Assembly (NCBI GenBank): GCA_963749495.1 | Contig: CAVVMW010000010.1 | Span: 32,001-96,000, forward strand | DNA length: 64,000 nucleotides | DNA from: an uncultured bacterium | GTDB lineage: Bacteria > Verrucomicrobiota > Verrucomicrobiia > Limisphaerales > UBA8199 | Direction of reading: 5' to 3' | Shown: positions 31,271 to 42,784 of the stretch, one piece after another | Layout of the letters: each line of letters opens with the position of its first letter | Numbering within the stretch: position 1 is the stretch's first letter | The notes under the pieces: model-generated | Told to the model about the DNA's origin: nothing | Databases searched by the model: none | The model's input: only the letters and a program-made list of their open reading frames with translations | Program-made: the position numbers and the translations under genes

Positions 31271-31358
31271 GCTCTGGAGGTTCTTCCCCTGGCTGCGAGG
31301 CGCGCCGAGGTGTAAATATGCGTCAAGGGCCCCAGGGGCTCGATCGAGCTGCCTAGGC

Positions 31359-34000
31359 CTATTTGCTCATCGCTGCTTCCACAGCCTTGGCCACATCGGA
31401 CTCCGGCAGGTGGCGGGAGCGGATGATGCCTTTGGCGTCCACGATGTGGAAGACGGGCCAACCGGGATTGTGCCAGGCGGTATAGATGGGCCCTAAGCGG
31501 CCATCGCAAAAGGACGGCCAGGTCATGCCTGATTCCTGGGCAATTTCCTTTCCCCAGGCCGGATCGGGGTCGCAATAAACGCCCAGGATGGCAAACGGTT
31601 TCCCTTTGAAACGGTCCAGGAGCGTGACGAGGTCGGGCACATTAGCCGGCAGGCACTTTCTGGCCCAGAATATGAGCAACACCACCTTGCCGCGATAATC
31701 GCTCAGCTTCAGGGGCCGGCCATCGAGGTCTTCACCCTCAGTTTCAGGCGCGGGTTTTCCGATGAATAGCTTGCGCAACTCGAAAAGAGCCTCCTCGGCC
31801 AGGTCCGCCAGCTTTTCGCCGTTCCGCTTCACCCGGCCAAATTGCCCAATAACGCGCTCGAAGAGTCTCTCGGCCTCGGCGGTAGCCTGTCGATTTTCGC
31901 CATATTTGGCCTCGTCTTTTCGCAACAGGGCCAGCATCAGGCAAGCGTTGCCCTGGACCTCGGCCGAGGGATTTTTCTCGAGCATCGCCTCGAGTAGTCT
32001 GCCCGAGCAGCGATGGCGCATCCGCTCCATTTCCTGGGCCAGACGCACCAGGTCCGCGCTGCGAATGTGCTCCTGCAGGATGACCGCGGCCGCCTTTTCC
32101 ACCTCAGGCCCGTCCTGAGTGTTGAGCAGTATCCATCGAGCGGCGTTGAGGGCGGCTTCAGAGCTCGGATCGTTTTCCAAAACTGAAACGAGTTGGACGA
32201 GATCAGGCGGGGCCTGGGGTTCTCCGGTCTTGCGGGGAGGGTTTTCGGCAAGGCCGGTCCCGGTCCAATATCCGATCCCCCGGTGGATGCGAACATCAGC
32301 AACGTCGGTGCCGACCGGCATGCCCAACCCGGCCAGCGTGAAAGAGGCCGGAGCGACTGGCACATTCAACCGGGCATTGGACCGGGTGATCAGCCTCTGG
32401 TAACCTGCAGGGCCGTATCTTATCACCGCAACTTGAACCGGAAGCGGGTCCTTGGGGGTTGCATCGTCGAACCTCGAGAGCACCTCGGAGTGACCATCTG
32501 CGTGCTTCACAACTCGTTGGGGATGCGCCACATCAATCCAGAAATCGAGCGATTGGTCATTCTTGGAAAACATCTGCACGTGCCAGGCGGGATTTCCCTC
32601 CACGAAGTCTTTGCCGGCCAGGCGGGTGGACTTTGCCTCGCTGTAGAACTGCCGCAGGCTCTCGATTGTAGTCTTGGGCGAAAACGCGGAGACCAGTCCA
32701 AGACAGCGGGGATCGAACAAGTACTCCCCGCTCCCCTTGGCAGGGTCATCGATGACCGTGCTGCCGGAGGACGCCCCGCCGTTCTCCCGGTATTTCAGCA
32801 GGGCCTCGCCGTCGTAGATCGAGACGATGCGCGCCTGAAACTCCTCAATCAACCCCGTTTTGAGCATCTCCTGGCGGGTCAAGCCCTTGGCTTCGGCGGC
32901 CTGGGCTTCGGCAGCCGGCACCACATAACGATATCCCAGGCCCGATTGTTCAAAACGGCGCTTCTCGCCATCGAACATCACTTTAAGCCGCGCCACATTC
33001 GTGTCTGTCCGGGTCGCCCCGGCTCCATAAAAGTGAGTCTCAAATTCCATCGAGCCGAATCGATCCGCTGCCGGGCGCGGACGACAGCTTGCAAGAGCTT
33101 GAGCGGATCGGGGGCCTCCGCCTCGGCAACGCCGTTGGGGTCCCCGGGTGCTGGGGCAACGGCCCCGCCGTTTGCTCCTAACGCTGGATTCGGCGGCGCG
33201 GGCAGCCCCGCGTCCGCCGCCGGAACTCGGTGGCTGCCTGTCGCAGAGATCAGCCAGATCGTTATGGCTGTTCCCACAATGAGCGCCGCAGCGACGCCGG
33301 CGCCCAATTTCGCCTTGGAAGCGTACGCCAGCAGGCCCGCAAGGCCGGCTCCAGCCCCGATACCGGCCGCCGCCGGGATTCGCAGCGCCGCCAGCGCCAG
33401 CACTAACCCGGCCGGCGCCGCCTCCACCGCGCGCTCGGTCAGCAGAGTCCCCAGGGCGGCCGCGCCGCAGGCCAAGCCCCGCTCGCCGAAGAGCGTGCGC
33501 AACCGGTCCATCGCCCGGCTCACCCGCATCTTGGCCGCATCCTCGCTGATGCCCAGGGCCAGGCCCAGGTCGCGCATCGTCTTCTGCTCGAAAAACCGCA
33601 GCAGAATCACCTGCCGCTCGCCATCGTTCAACTCGTTCAACGCTTCATCCAGGACGGGGGCAATCTCGTTCCAGGGGGTATCTTCGGTGGGCTCGGGTTG
33701 CATAGCGGCGGCGTGTTCCTCGCGGGTGCGCCGGCGGATTTCGGAGCGCCAGAGGTCAATCGAGGCATGGACGGTGGTGCGGTGCAGCCATGCCACCAAT
33801 TCGGCATCGCCGCGAAGGTTCGGAGCCGCCTTGGCCAGCCGGATAAACACGGTTTGGGTCACCTCCTGCGCCAGGGCCACATTGGACAGGCGCCTCTTGG
33901 CCACCGAAAACACCAGGTTGGTGTAACGGCGGACCAGTTCCCCGAAGGCCCCATCCGCCCGGCTCTTCCTGAACTCGGCCAATAAGTCAGTTCCGTTCAT
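31359..34000 (-). pseudogene. ECF sigma factor fused to extracytoplasmic region and C-terminal TlpA/redoxin domain; frameshift near 33050
   Basis: Sigma motifs in 32978-34000; overlapping ORF 31359-33050 ends GKPAPETEGEDLDGRPLKLSDYRGKVVLLIFWA. Confidence 0.8.
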
Positions 34001-34209
34001 TCATAATGGTAAACGTTGCCGCTGGCCAAAAGGTAACTGCCCAAAGCATATCCGGTCGAGCTTTTGGTGCTCGTCAGACCAAGTCCCCTTGGCTCCAGGC
34101 CCCGAGCCCATTTCCTCTGAGCGCACAACAGGTCCCTGCGGAACTGAAACTCCCCTTCGTTTAAAATGAATTGTCCGTTTTGATGGGGCTGTGGCCATGA
34201 TATGGGCAG

Positions 34210-36784
34210 ATGAACGATGACATGATCTTGGTGCGGGACTACGCCGCCAGCCAATCGGAATTGGCCTTCGCGGCGCTGGTCGAGCGTCACCTCAACCTCG
34301 TTCATTCGGCGGCCATGCGGCAGGTGCGTGACCCCGACTTGGCCGAGGAGGTCGTCCAGGCAGTCTTCATCATTCTCTCCCGCAAGGCCGCGACCCTTGG
34401 CACGGACACGATTCTTTCCGCTTGGCTGTATCGCACGACGCGATACGCCGCAGCGGATGCCCTGAAGGCCCGCCGCCGCCGGGAGTTGCGCGAACAGGAG
34501 GCTTACATGCAATCCATCCTCAACGAACCCCAGGGCGCCGTCTGGGAACAATTGGCGCCGCTGCTGGACGAAGCGATGGGTGCCCTGGGTGAGCGCGACC
34601 GTAGCGCGCTGGTGCTGCGGTTTTTTGAAAACAAGACTGCGCCGGAGGTCGCACGCGCGCTCAAGGTCAGCCCGGATGCCGCCCAGAAGCGGGTGACCCG
34701 CGCGTTGGAAAAGCTCCGGAGGTTTTTCAGCCGGCGCGGAGTGGCCTGTTCCGCAGTGGGCATCGCGGGGATGGTCGCGGCTAATGGGGTGCAGGCCTCG
34801 CCGGCAGGGCTGGCGGCGAAGGTGGCAGCGACGGCGGCAAAGGCCTCGGCACCATCGGCATCAATCCTGGCACTGGTGCATGGAGTCATTCGATTCATGG
34901 CGTGGACGAAATGCAAGGCGGTGCTCAGCCTCGGCGGCGGCGCGCTGATGACTGCCGGCGCGCTCGCCCTGGCCTTTCGGCAGGACGGCTCGGCAGTGCC
35001 AAGCACCCCTCAGAGTCCCGGCGTGACCCAGGGTGTCAGCACCAGCGCCAGCGTTTCGGACATCAACCAGGTCGGTGATGCGCTCCGGCCTTTTCCGAGC
35101 ACGGCACTCGCATCCCTCGACTCCGCCCCGGGAAGCTTGGTTGTGCAGCCGGACGGAAAGATCGTCGCCGCGGCGAGCCTGTTTGGGTTTTTTGTCAATT
35201 CGCACTCCGGCACGCTCGGGCATTTCAAACGGGGCGCGCTTCGCTTTGAGCCGAATGGGGATTGGGACCCCACCTTCGATTGCCGTGCGGAGTTCCCAGG
35301 CAGCAGCGCCTATAATGCCCACCTGGACCTTTGTCCGGACGGACGGCTCTTCATGTCCGGCCTGTTCGACTCGGTGGACGGCAGGCCCCGGCCCGGGTAT
35401 GCCATGTTGCTGCCCAAAGGGCGGGTGGACGAGTCTTTCGAGCCCCTGGCGGGGCACGACCAACGTGCCACAACGACCATACCTCCCCGGCGGCGTCTTC
35501 CCTGCGGCGCTGCGGAGCGACGGAACCGTAGCCGTCCTCTGCCGGTCGGTCGAGGGGACCGGCGCTTCCAACCTGGTGACGCGAGTCGAGCAAGATTCTT
35601 CCGGCAGAACGATCCTGACGAACGTCCTGGCGCCCGAGCAACTTCCCTGGACGGCCTATCGCCTCGATGCATCGGGGAGGCCCATCCTGCCGGCGACAAA
35701 GGTCCTGGGTTCTGAATTCTCGCGGCCATCCGGGCTGGTCCTCACGCTTGGGCCGGTCGGTTTCTGGGCCCGAAAACCGATTGACTGGACCCGGAGTACG
35801 CCCTCCGCCAGGCGGCCTTCGTTTCAGACCGGAACACCCGCCTCCGACCTGCCCGGCGGGAGGCCCGTCAGCGACTTGCCTTTCGAGCGGTGGACTGAGC
35901 CTCCTTCGGCCGTAGATGCGGCCGTGGCGTTCCAAGCCCTGTTCGAGGAGGTCCCCTTGGAGCTCTGCCGCTATGCCGTGCGCTTGCCAAACGGTGGCGT
36001 CATTCTGGCGGTCCGGGATGAAGCCGTCCCTGGAGGGCGCGCGCGACTTGTGCGCTTCGACAGAGACTGGCGGCCTGACCCGAGCTTCACAACCCAGTTC
36101 GAGGCCGCTGACCAGCGGAGCTGCCTGAGCCTCAAGCTCCAGGCGGACGGGAAGCTCCTCGTCGCCGGCCTGATCGGGAAGCTCAACGGAGAGGATTTCC
36201 CCGGACTCGTCCGGCTCGACGCAGAGGGCGCGATTGACCGCAGCTTCCGGTGCCAGATTGCCAACTCCTCCCCGCTCTCCGGGCGGACGCCAGCCGTGAT
36301 CGACCTGGCGATTCAGAAGGACGGGCGCATCGTAATTTGCGGCTTCTTCTCCACTGTGAACGGCGCCGAGTGCCCGCACATTGCCCGGCTGAATCCGGAT
36401 GGCTCGTTGGACGGGACTTTTCGGACACCGTTCATCACCCTGGAAGCGGTCAACCGGGAACGATTTGGCAAGATGCATGTTCCTGTCACTCAGCTCGCCA
36501 AGGCCGTGGAGGCGCCTGCCCCGACGGACCCGGGCGCAGGCGGGCCCGGCGCCTCGGGGCAAACCATTGTGATTACCTCGATGACCTTGCAGGGAGATGC
36601 CGCCGTCATCCAGTTCGCCGGTGCATCGCGCCAGCAGTATATCCTTCAAGCCAAGGACTCGATGACGGCCGGCGACTGGATCGATGTCGGCACCAACCAG
36701 GCAAATGCCGATGGAGTCGGAAGGCTTCGCGATGCAGAGGCAAATCAGCATCCAATGCGCTTCTACCGTATAGCCAGCCCTTAA
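34210..36784 (+). pseudogene. ECF sigma factor fused to delta-60-like repeat domain; frameshift near 35447
   Basis: [12 protein letters not shown]..; QPDGKIV, QADGKLLVAG, QKDGRIVICGFF..IARLNPDGSLDGTF repeats; C-terminal RFYRI. Confidence 0.82.
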
Positions 36785-36829
36785 AGAATCAGGCGGAAGC
36801 CATCTCCAGGAATCCGTCAAATGCAAGCG

Positions 36830-37209
36830 ATGGCGGGCCTCAAATTCGCAAGCACCCGGACGATCTGGTTTTGCCCCTTTTTGCTGACAATGGGTTGGCC
36901 GTCTCCGGGCTGCACAACCCCGACCCGGACGCGAACAAGAACCATACCGACCTGCACGCCATCGGCCGGCTCTGCTACATTGAACTGTACTATCAGAACG
37001 ACGGTGAACATGTGCAAGCCGCCGTTCTCTACGGCCGCGCCGACAAGCACTTTGTCCCGCTCAAATCACCCGATGATTTCGAGAAGCGCCTGGAGTGGGA
37101 CAAAGCGCAGTTTGCTCTTGTCAAGGAGTGGCTTGACGAGCATTTGCCTAAGAGCGTCTCGTTGGATGAGGTGCTTCTCCCGGAGTGTTTGCCCTCACTT
37201 TTGGTCTAA
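36830..37209 (+). pseudogene. Hypothetical protein fragment lacking a clear start
   Basis: Open frame with protein-like composition (YIELYYQNDG..LEWDKAQF). Confidence 0.35.
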
Positions 37210-37245
37210 TAAATGGCGGCCCTTGGTGTCCGAGAAAGTAGAACT

Positions 37246-38145
37246 ATGAATGTTCCCCGCTCGTCTCTCCTTTGCATTGCGGCAGCGTGCGCAGTCATTC
37301 AACCGGGCTGTTTGGCCACGGCTGCCGAGAACACGGCTGATCCGAACGGCCTTTATTACGTCTCCTCGGATTCCTCGGGTCTGGAATTGGAGACGCCCCG
37401 TGAGACCAAGGTCCGGTTGGGCGAGAAGGCGGACATCCGCATCCTCACCGCCCGCGTGTACTCTGAGAACAACGCCAATAGGGATTTCGAGGCGCGTTTG
37501 GGAACAACCGCGTACCCGGCGGTTGATACCCAGACCGTCAGTGGCGCCCGGCGGCTCTTTCTGCGGATCGGGGATCGGGCTTACCCATGGGGCGGCGGCG
37601 GGGGCCGGCAGGGGGAGTTTGACGAAATGCTGTTCAAGATTCACGGCCAAAGTGAGGCAAAAGCGGCCGCCAAGTGGCTGGGGGTCAAGTGCGCCTTACG
37701 CTCGCATCCAGGTTACCGATTGCTCGCGCAATTCGTGCCAACGCACCCGGAATACGACTCCGGCGGACCGATCATCGTGAATTTCGAACTGAGGAATGTC
37801 GGTGACCGGACGCTGTTTTTCCGCCGGGGCGGGGCACAACGCGGCGCGCGCGACAACCAGTACGCCTTTCTAGCCAAGTTCGGGAGCCGGATAGTGCCTG
37901 ACACCGGCGATCCCACGCACTTTGGCGGCTTCGTAGAGTTCATCCAGCTCAAGCCCGGGGAGGCGTTCACGGATGAAATCGACCTCAAGAAGTGGTTCGC
38001 GTTCGATAAGGCCGGAAGGTACTTTATTCAGGGCTTGTACGGCCTGGTTTTCGAGCCGGGGGACGCGAGCACGGTGGGCAACGTTCCCTGGAGCAGGATC
38101 TGGGAGGACTGCGCGTCGGCCCACTTCCAGGTCGTGGTGAGGTAG
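37246..38145 (+). CDS. Secreted hypothetical protein
   Basis: Signal-like N-terminus; Ig-like PIIVNFELRNVGD..LKPGE..GRYFIQG pattern. Confidence 0.65.
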   Translation: MNVPRSSLLCIAAACAVIQPGCLATAAENTADPNGLYYVSSDSSGLELETPRETKVRLGEKADIRILTARVYSENNANRDFEARLGTTAYPAVDTQTVSGARRLFLRIGDRAYPWGGGGGRQGEFDEMLFKIHGQSEAKAAAKWLGVKCALRSHPGYRLLAQFVPTHPEYDSGGPIIVNFELRNVGDRTLFFRRGGAQRGARDNQYAFLAKFGSRIVPDTGDPTHFGGFVEFIQLKPGEAFTDEIDLKKWFAFDKAGRYFIQGLYGLVFEPGDASTVGNVPWSRIWEDCASAHFQVVVR

Positions 38146-38245
38146 ATCTGCATGAGGCGAGATTCACCGGTGAACCAGATCCTTCTCCCACCCTGTTCTC
38201 GGGCCTTGGCTTTTCCAGCAGCCCATATCGCTTTGTGTGTCGGGC

Positions 38246-38640
38246 TTATTTTGCCGAACCAACGTGGTCGGCAGGCATTTCCTCCGGAGCGGGCGCCGGG
38301 AGGGTGACCGTTCCGGTGGCGGCCCATTCGCACCCGCGGGCAAGGGTGACCTGGAAGCCGGTATCCCGGAGAGAAAGGGCGTCGTGCCCCAGCGCGTCGT
38401 GGAAAACGCGGCCGCGGCCGTAGCCGATGGCCAGGAGCAGCGGCTCGTGCCGGCCCGTACCGCCCTTTTGGGGAGCGGAGTAGGCGGTGGCCAGGACGGC
38501 CACGTTTTGGGCCGGGCCGCGAAGGCTGTCGTACAATTCATCCACCGAGTGGAGCCATCTCGGAGGCAGGTCCTTGACGATCACATGCTGTGGCAAGCGA
38601 GTCTCGACGAGGTATTCGTGCGCCTGGCCATGGTGCCCTC
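38246..38640 (-). pseudogene. ThuA-like (class I GATase-like) domain, C-terminal fragment
   Basis: [43 protein letters not shown]. Confidence 0.7.
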
Positions 38641-39067
38641 CCGCCCCGGGCGCAGTTCGCGAACGATCCGGCCAGGCACGTGCTCCTGACGCTCCTCTAC
38701 GAGCGGCAAGACTCCAAGATTTGGGTCTGGAGGGCGAGGATGGGCTTCCTCGGGCCGCAGAGCATCGTGAACGTGCGGCTCGAAGCGTCGACGAACAAGC
38801 GGATCTGGGCCAAAGGGCTCGGGCTGTATGCGTGGCTCAGCACGGCGCCCCGCCCGAAGCAGGCATGACCGGGGAGGTCCTGGGGGCACTCCCCTTGTCG
38901 CGCCATGGGAGCGCAACATGCCGCCAGCGCTCGCTAGGCGGGCTGAGATCTGCGGCGCGATGCCGTCTGTTTGACCCGCTTGCCCTCCCGCGCAGTGCCG
39001 TCAAAGCGGGGAAGGGTCTCCCGCGCGCCGCGGCTCGTTCCACCCTTGGGCTCGGGCTTGGGCTGCC

Positions 39068-39440
39068 TCAGGGCTGTGGGACGAAGACCGGGACTGGTAA
39101 GATGGCGGCCTGGAGCCGGCGCAGATCGGCCAAGTCGGCGGGGCTTTCGGCCCGCTTCCAATAGCTCTGCTTGCTTTTGAACTGCTTGGGCCATTTCCAT
39201 TTCCACGTCTCTGCGTGGCCATCGGCGAAAGACAACACTCCCGCCTGGCCATGCCGGTCAGCCGGCATATTGACCCAGCGGTCATCAGGCGCGGGCCATC
39301 TCAGGAAATGCGCGTCGTCGATGCTGTCTTCGTTTTCATCAATGAACACGAAAAGGCGGGCTGGCTGCGGAATGTCAGCCGCGCGCGTCACAGTGTTTTG
39401 GACCTCGTTGGTCCGGCCGCCCAAGCACCCGCTCATCGAG
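39068..39440 (-). pseudogene. C-terminal half of a prepilin/H-X9-DG protein fused to the integrase remnant
   Basis: YSMSG..FVFIDENEDSIDD..PADRHGQAGVLSFADGHAETWKW. Confidence 0.8.
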
Positions 39441-39812
39441 TAGCCGCCTTCGTTGCGGATGGCGTGCAGGTGGGCGTGGGTCTCAGTGACCGTCGGGGCG
39501 TGGGGTTCATGGACGGGGCGTTTGGCGCGCAAGGCGCTGACGCACCCGAGCGGCTGAGCGAGAACCTCGCGGTAGAAGAAGAGGATGGCGTTGAAGGCCT
39601 GGTTTCGAGTGCTGGCGGCCACGTTGTGCCGGGAAGCCAGACTCGGTGAGGAAGCGTTCGAGCTTGGCTCCGCTGGAGAGGCCCCCGGGCATGGTGGTGA
39701 GCGCGGCCATATAGCGGCGGAGCCAGAAGACGTAGCACTCTTCGCTGGAGAGGGCTTTGTGCTGGCGGCGGAGGACCTCGCGGAGTCGCTCGATTGCGAT
39801 GGTCGAGTTCAT
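39441..39812 (-). pseudogene. Integron-integrase-like tyrosine recombinase, N-terminal SAM-like domain only, frameshift near 39640
   Basis: LREVLRRQHKALSSEECYVFWLRRY..ERFLT..AASTRNQAFNAILFFYREVL..RAKRP; the catalytic domain is absent. Confidence 0.8.
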
Positions 39813-40006
39813 TTTGGGGTCGAATCTAAGATGGAGGGTTGGACAACGGCGGTCCATGGGCAAAAAAGGTGGAAAGTGTCTTTTCTCTTGCAATAACCGA
39901 ACAGGCCGTTGTATTAATAGAAGAAGGTCATTGGGAATGAAGAACTTGCGAACGAGAACCTGCCGATTCTCCGGCAGGATCAGCGACTGGTCGCCGCAGA
40001 ATCACA

Positions 40007-40013
40007 GTTAAGC
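40007..40013 (+). other. Candidate attI crossover core (GTTRRRY)
   Basis: GTTAAGC between the divergent integrase and the first cassette ORF. Confidence 0.5.
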
Positions 40014-40029
40014 ATTAGAACGCACGACA

Positions 40030-40776
40030 ATGAAAACCAAATGCTTTTTAGTTCTACTGGCTGCGCAATTCTACTGTGTATCGGTTCAGGCTTTTAGGTC
40101 GATTGATTTCTACCAAACCGGCGGGAACCCGTTTTCCGAAGAATTCACAACCAATTACGCATCTGCACTCAAGGAATGCCAGGCATCTCACTCGTTCGCG
40201 TCATTTTCAAACATGGTGATAAAGTTCAAGAAGCCGCAGGAACAAGCCGAGTTGGAAATCACCATGGGAATAGGCTATTGTCAATGGAGTGGGTGCACCG
40301 ATGATCGTAAAGCCATTGAACACTTAGGAAATGCGTTGTTTTATGACTTGCCCCCGACGGTTCTGCTTGGTGTTTACCTGGATCGGGGCGGCTGCAAAGA
40401 GAGACTCAAGCAAAAACGGGCTGCCTTGGAAGACTATCTTCGAGGCCTCGCAGAGTGCCTTCGCTATCAGTTGCCCGCAAAACCGCCTGAGTATCTTCGC
40501 CCGAACGTTGTTTATGATGTAGTATTTGCCGAACCGGGCGATGATGCGGTCAAGGAACAATACCGCCAACTCAGAGAGAACCAGGAGAGACAGCTTAGGC
40601 AATTCCGCTTTGAAGAGGTGATGATCAGAGAACGGGACATTTTGATTGAGGTCGCCAAACGGGTTTCCAGTGGTGACGCCGAACAAATCCGTTTGGCAGC
40701 GGAGACGGTTGTGGCAGACAAATCCAAGATTCAACAGGTTGAAGCATTGATCACGGCGCCTGACCCCAAGCCATAA
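40030..40776 (+). CDS. Integron gene cassette ORF, secreted hypothetical protein
   Basis: Visibly lower GC than its flanks; signal peptide; bounded by GTTAAGC and an attC. Confidence 0.75.
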   Translation: MKTKCFLVLLAAQFYCVSVQAFRSIDFYQTGGNPFSEEFTTNYASALKECQASHSFASFSNMVIKFKKPQEQAELEITMGIGYCQWSGCTDDRKAIEHLGNALFYDLPPTVLLGVYLDRGGCKERLKQKRAALEDYLRGLAECLRYQLPAKPPEYLRPNVVYDVVFAEPGDDAVKEQYRQLRENQERQLRQFRFEEVMIRERDILIEVAKRVSSGDAEQIRLAAETVVADKSKIQQVEALITAPDPKP

Positions 40777-40813
40777 ATGTTGAAGACGAGCACAACAACA
40801 CAGAAGCCATGAC

Positions 40814-40939
40814 GCGCAACAAATCGCTGGAGTCGAACCGCCGCCGCGCCACTCCGCTCGGAGCTGTGCGGGATTTCGGACGCACCGGTCACGCTCTAGC
40901 TTGCGTTCCCGGCGGCGGTCGCTCAGCTTGGTGTTCGGC
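40814..40939 (+). other. attC site (126 bp)
   Basis: gcgcAAC-aaatcgctggag..aaccgccgccg ... cggcggcggt..ctcagcttggt-GTTcggc imperfect palindrome. Confidence 0.75.
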
Positions 40940-41168
40940 GTGTGTGCGTATCGCGATCGGAAATGCGGCCTTCGCCTGGTCAGCCGTGACTTTGCCGGAG
41001 AAGAGCGCGTTGGCGAACGCGGATTTGTGGCAGAGCCGTGAGACGCGTCGTTCGGAACAGCCAGCCGAGAGAAGCCGCGGCGCCGTTCACTCCTCCCCTG
41101 GCGATAGGAACGAATTCTGGCTTGCTATCAGGCACCGAGTGGTGCTCCTTTCCCACTGGCCAAAGACC

Positions 41169-42368
41169 ATGAAGCGAACCGTGATCGTATTGTGCAGCCT
41201 GCTGTGCTTGGCGGGATTGCTCCTGGGAATCACCTCGTTGTGCGCCGCCGACCCAAACGCCCCGAAGTTCGTTCCAATGCACTCGCAACCGCTTGGGACT
41301 TACACCTGGATGCTCTATCCTTGGGCAGGGGACGTGCCCATTCAAGACGGCAAGGTGTGGATCCAGACGATCTCAAACCTCACGAACCGGCAGTGTTTCC
41401 TTTACGACGTCACCAACCGCGCGATAGTCGGGGAATTGTTCAAGGCGTGGCCGGTCTTCTTCAATCACGACCAGACCAAGCTCTTGTGCGAGGGTTATTC
41501 GTTGGAAGGGGCCTGGAAATGGAAGCTGATCAGTTGGTTGCAGAATCGCCCCTTCGGCAAGAGGCTGGCTCGCAAGATGAGGCGCCTGGAGGCCTTCTGG
41601 ATCCTGAATCTCAAGGACGTGTCCGCAAGACGAGTCGGCCAGCTTTCACAGCGCTTGGGCACCGGCAGCAGTTTCCTGACTTCGCCGGACTTTCGTTACG
41701 GGTTGAACAGCCCCAGCACCAGCCCCGAAGCCGAGTGGTTCGTGTGCGACGTGGAGAGCAACCGGTTTACGAAGGTGACCCTCAGCGGCCAGGTTTCAGG
41801 TTGGTGGGATACGCGGAACGTTCTGGTCAAGGAGCGGGATGGCAGTTTTGTCCTCTTCGACGTTGAGACCCGCCAGACCCGCACGCTTTTCAGCGCGGCG
41901 GCGGTCTCCAAGTCCTTGGAGCAACTGGGCCTGCCGAGCGATCCGGCCGCTATCGGCACCTTGCACAATTGGAACGGGAGGGAGTATGACTTCTATTTCA
42001 CGCTGGCCAAGCAGAGGCACTCGGGCGAGTCCTTTCTTTTGAAAGCGGACCGCGCCACCAGGACGTTGAGGCTGGTCAAACGAAACTTCCAATTCCACCA
42101 TTTGGGCCGCCTGGATGCCGAGGGCACACACTACCTTTACGAAGGAGAGAATGGGACGCCCGGCGCTGGAGGCAACGGCGGGCTCTATTTGCGTGACCTG
42201 TCGGACGACAGCGTCCGGACCCTCGTTGAGCCCGACAACCGCGGCCAGTATGCCCTGGCCCGATTCTGCGCGGACGGGGTGATCTACTTGCGCAACAAGC
42301 AGATCTTCCGGGTGGATCTGAACGGGAGCAATAATGCGCCTTTGTTTCAGCCGGGCGAGAGCCGGTAA
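41169..42368 (+). CDS. Secreted 399-aa hypothetical protein (copy B)
   Basis: Paralog of 29926-31125, including a shared leader of about 50 nt. Confidence 0.8.
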   Translation: MKRTVIVLCSLLCLAGLLLGITSLCAADPNAPKFVPMHSQPLGTYTWMLYPWAGDVPIQDGKVWIQTISNLTNRQCFLYDVTNRAIVGELFKAWPVFFNHDQTKLLCEGYSLEGAWKWKLISWLQNRPFGKRLARKMRRLEAFWILNLKDVSARRVGQLSQRLGTGSSFLTSPDFRYGLNSPSTSPEAEWFVCDVESNRFTKVTLSGQVSGWWDTRNVLVKERDGSFVLFDVETRQTRTLFSAAAVSKSLEQLGLPSDPAAIGTLHNWNGREYDFYFTLAKQRHSGESFLLKADRATRTLRLVKRNFQFHHLGRLDAEGTHYLYEGENGTPGAGGNGGLYLRDLSDDSVRTLVEPDNRGQYALARFCADGVIYLRNKQIFRVDLNGSNNAPLFQPGESR

Positions 42369-42632
42369 CGCTCGGAGAATTCCGCCGTGCGCCCTGCTCG
42401 TGGATGGCGCTGGCACCCTCGATGTGGCGCAATGGGGAACAGGCTTGATTCGCAGGACTTCACCCTGGAGCGTCGTCATTATGCTCGCGAGCGGAAAGTC
42501 TGATTTCAGGGGGCCTGTGGGTATGGTCCTGGATGCGGCGGGGAACCTGCATGTGTCGGATCAGGTCTTTTCCAACAACGGCGGCGATTTGGCCGAACCA
42601 GGGAGCCGGTAGGGCGCGGGTGCGAGGGGATG

Positions 42633-42720
42633 CTTCGTTCCCTTGGTTGCCTTCTGTGTGCGTTCTCTGGAATGACGGAAGGAGTGCCAGCTTTTACAGA
42701 AGGGAACAAAGGAAACGAAG
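42633..42720. repeat. Palindromic intergenic repeat
   Basis: cttcgttcccttggttgccttctgt ... acagaagggaacaaaggaaacgaag. Confidence 0.55.
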
Positions 42721-42784
42721 AGGCAGAAAGGAGAGAACCTCCTTAACATCCTTGGCCCCGGGTCTCGGCGATTTTGATCGCCGC

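Noticed and set aside
41103..41110. GATAGGAA as an inverted sixth ori unit
   Set aside because: Only 8 nt match, with no A-tract or hairpin; the context aligns with the upstream region of the paralogous gene near 29815
42420..42580. NHL-repeat gene (FRGPVGMVLDAAGNLHVSD)
   Set aside because: A single repeat without a credible start; too short to call
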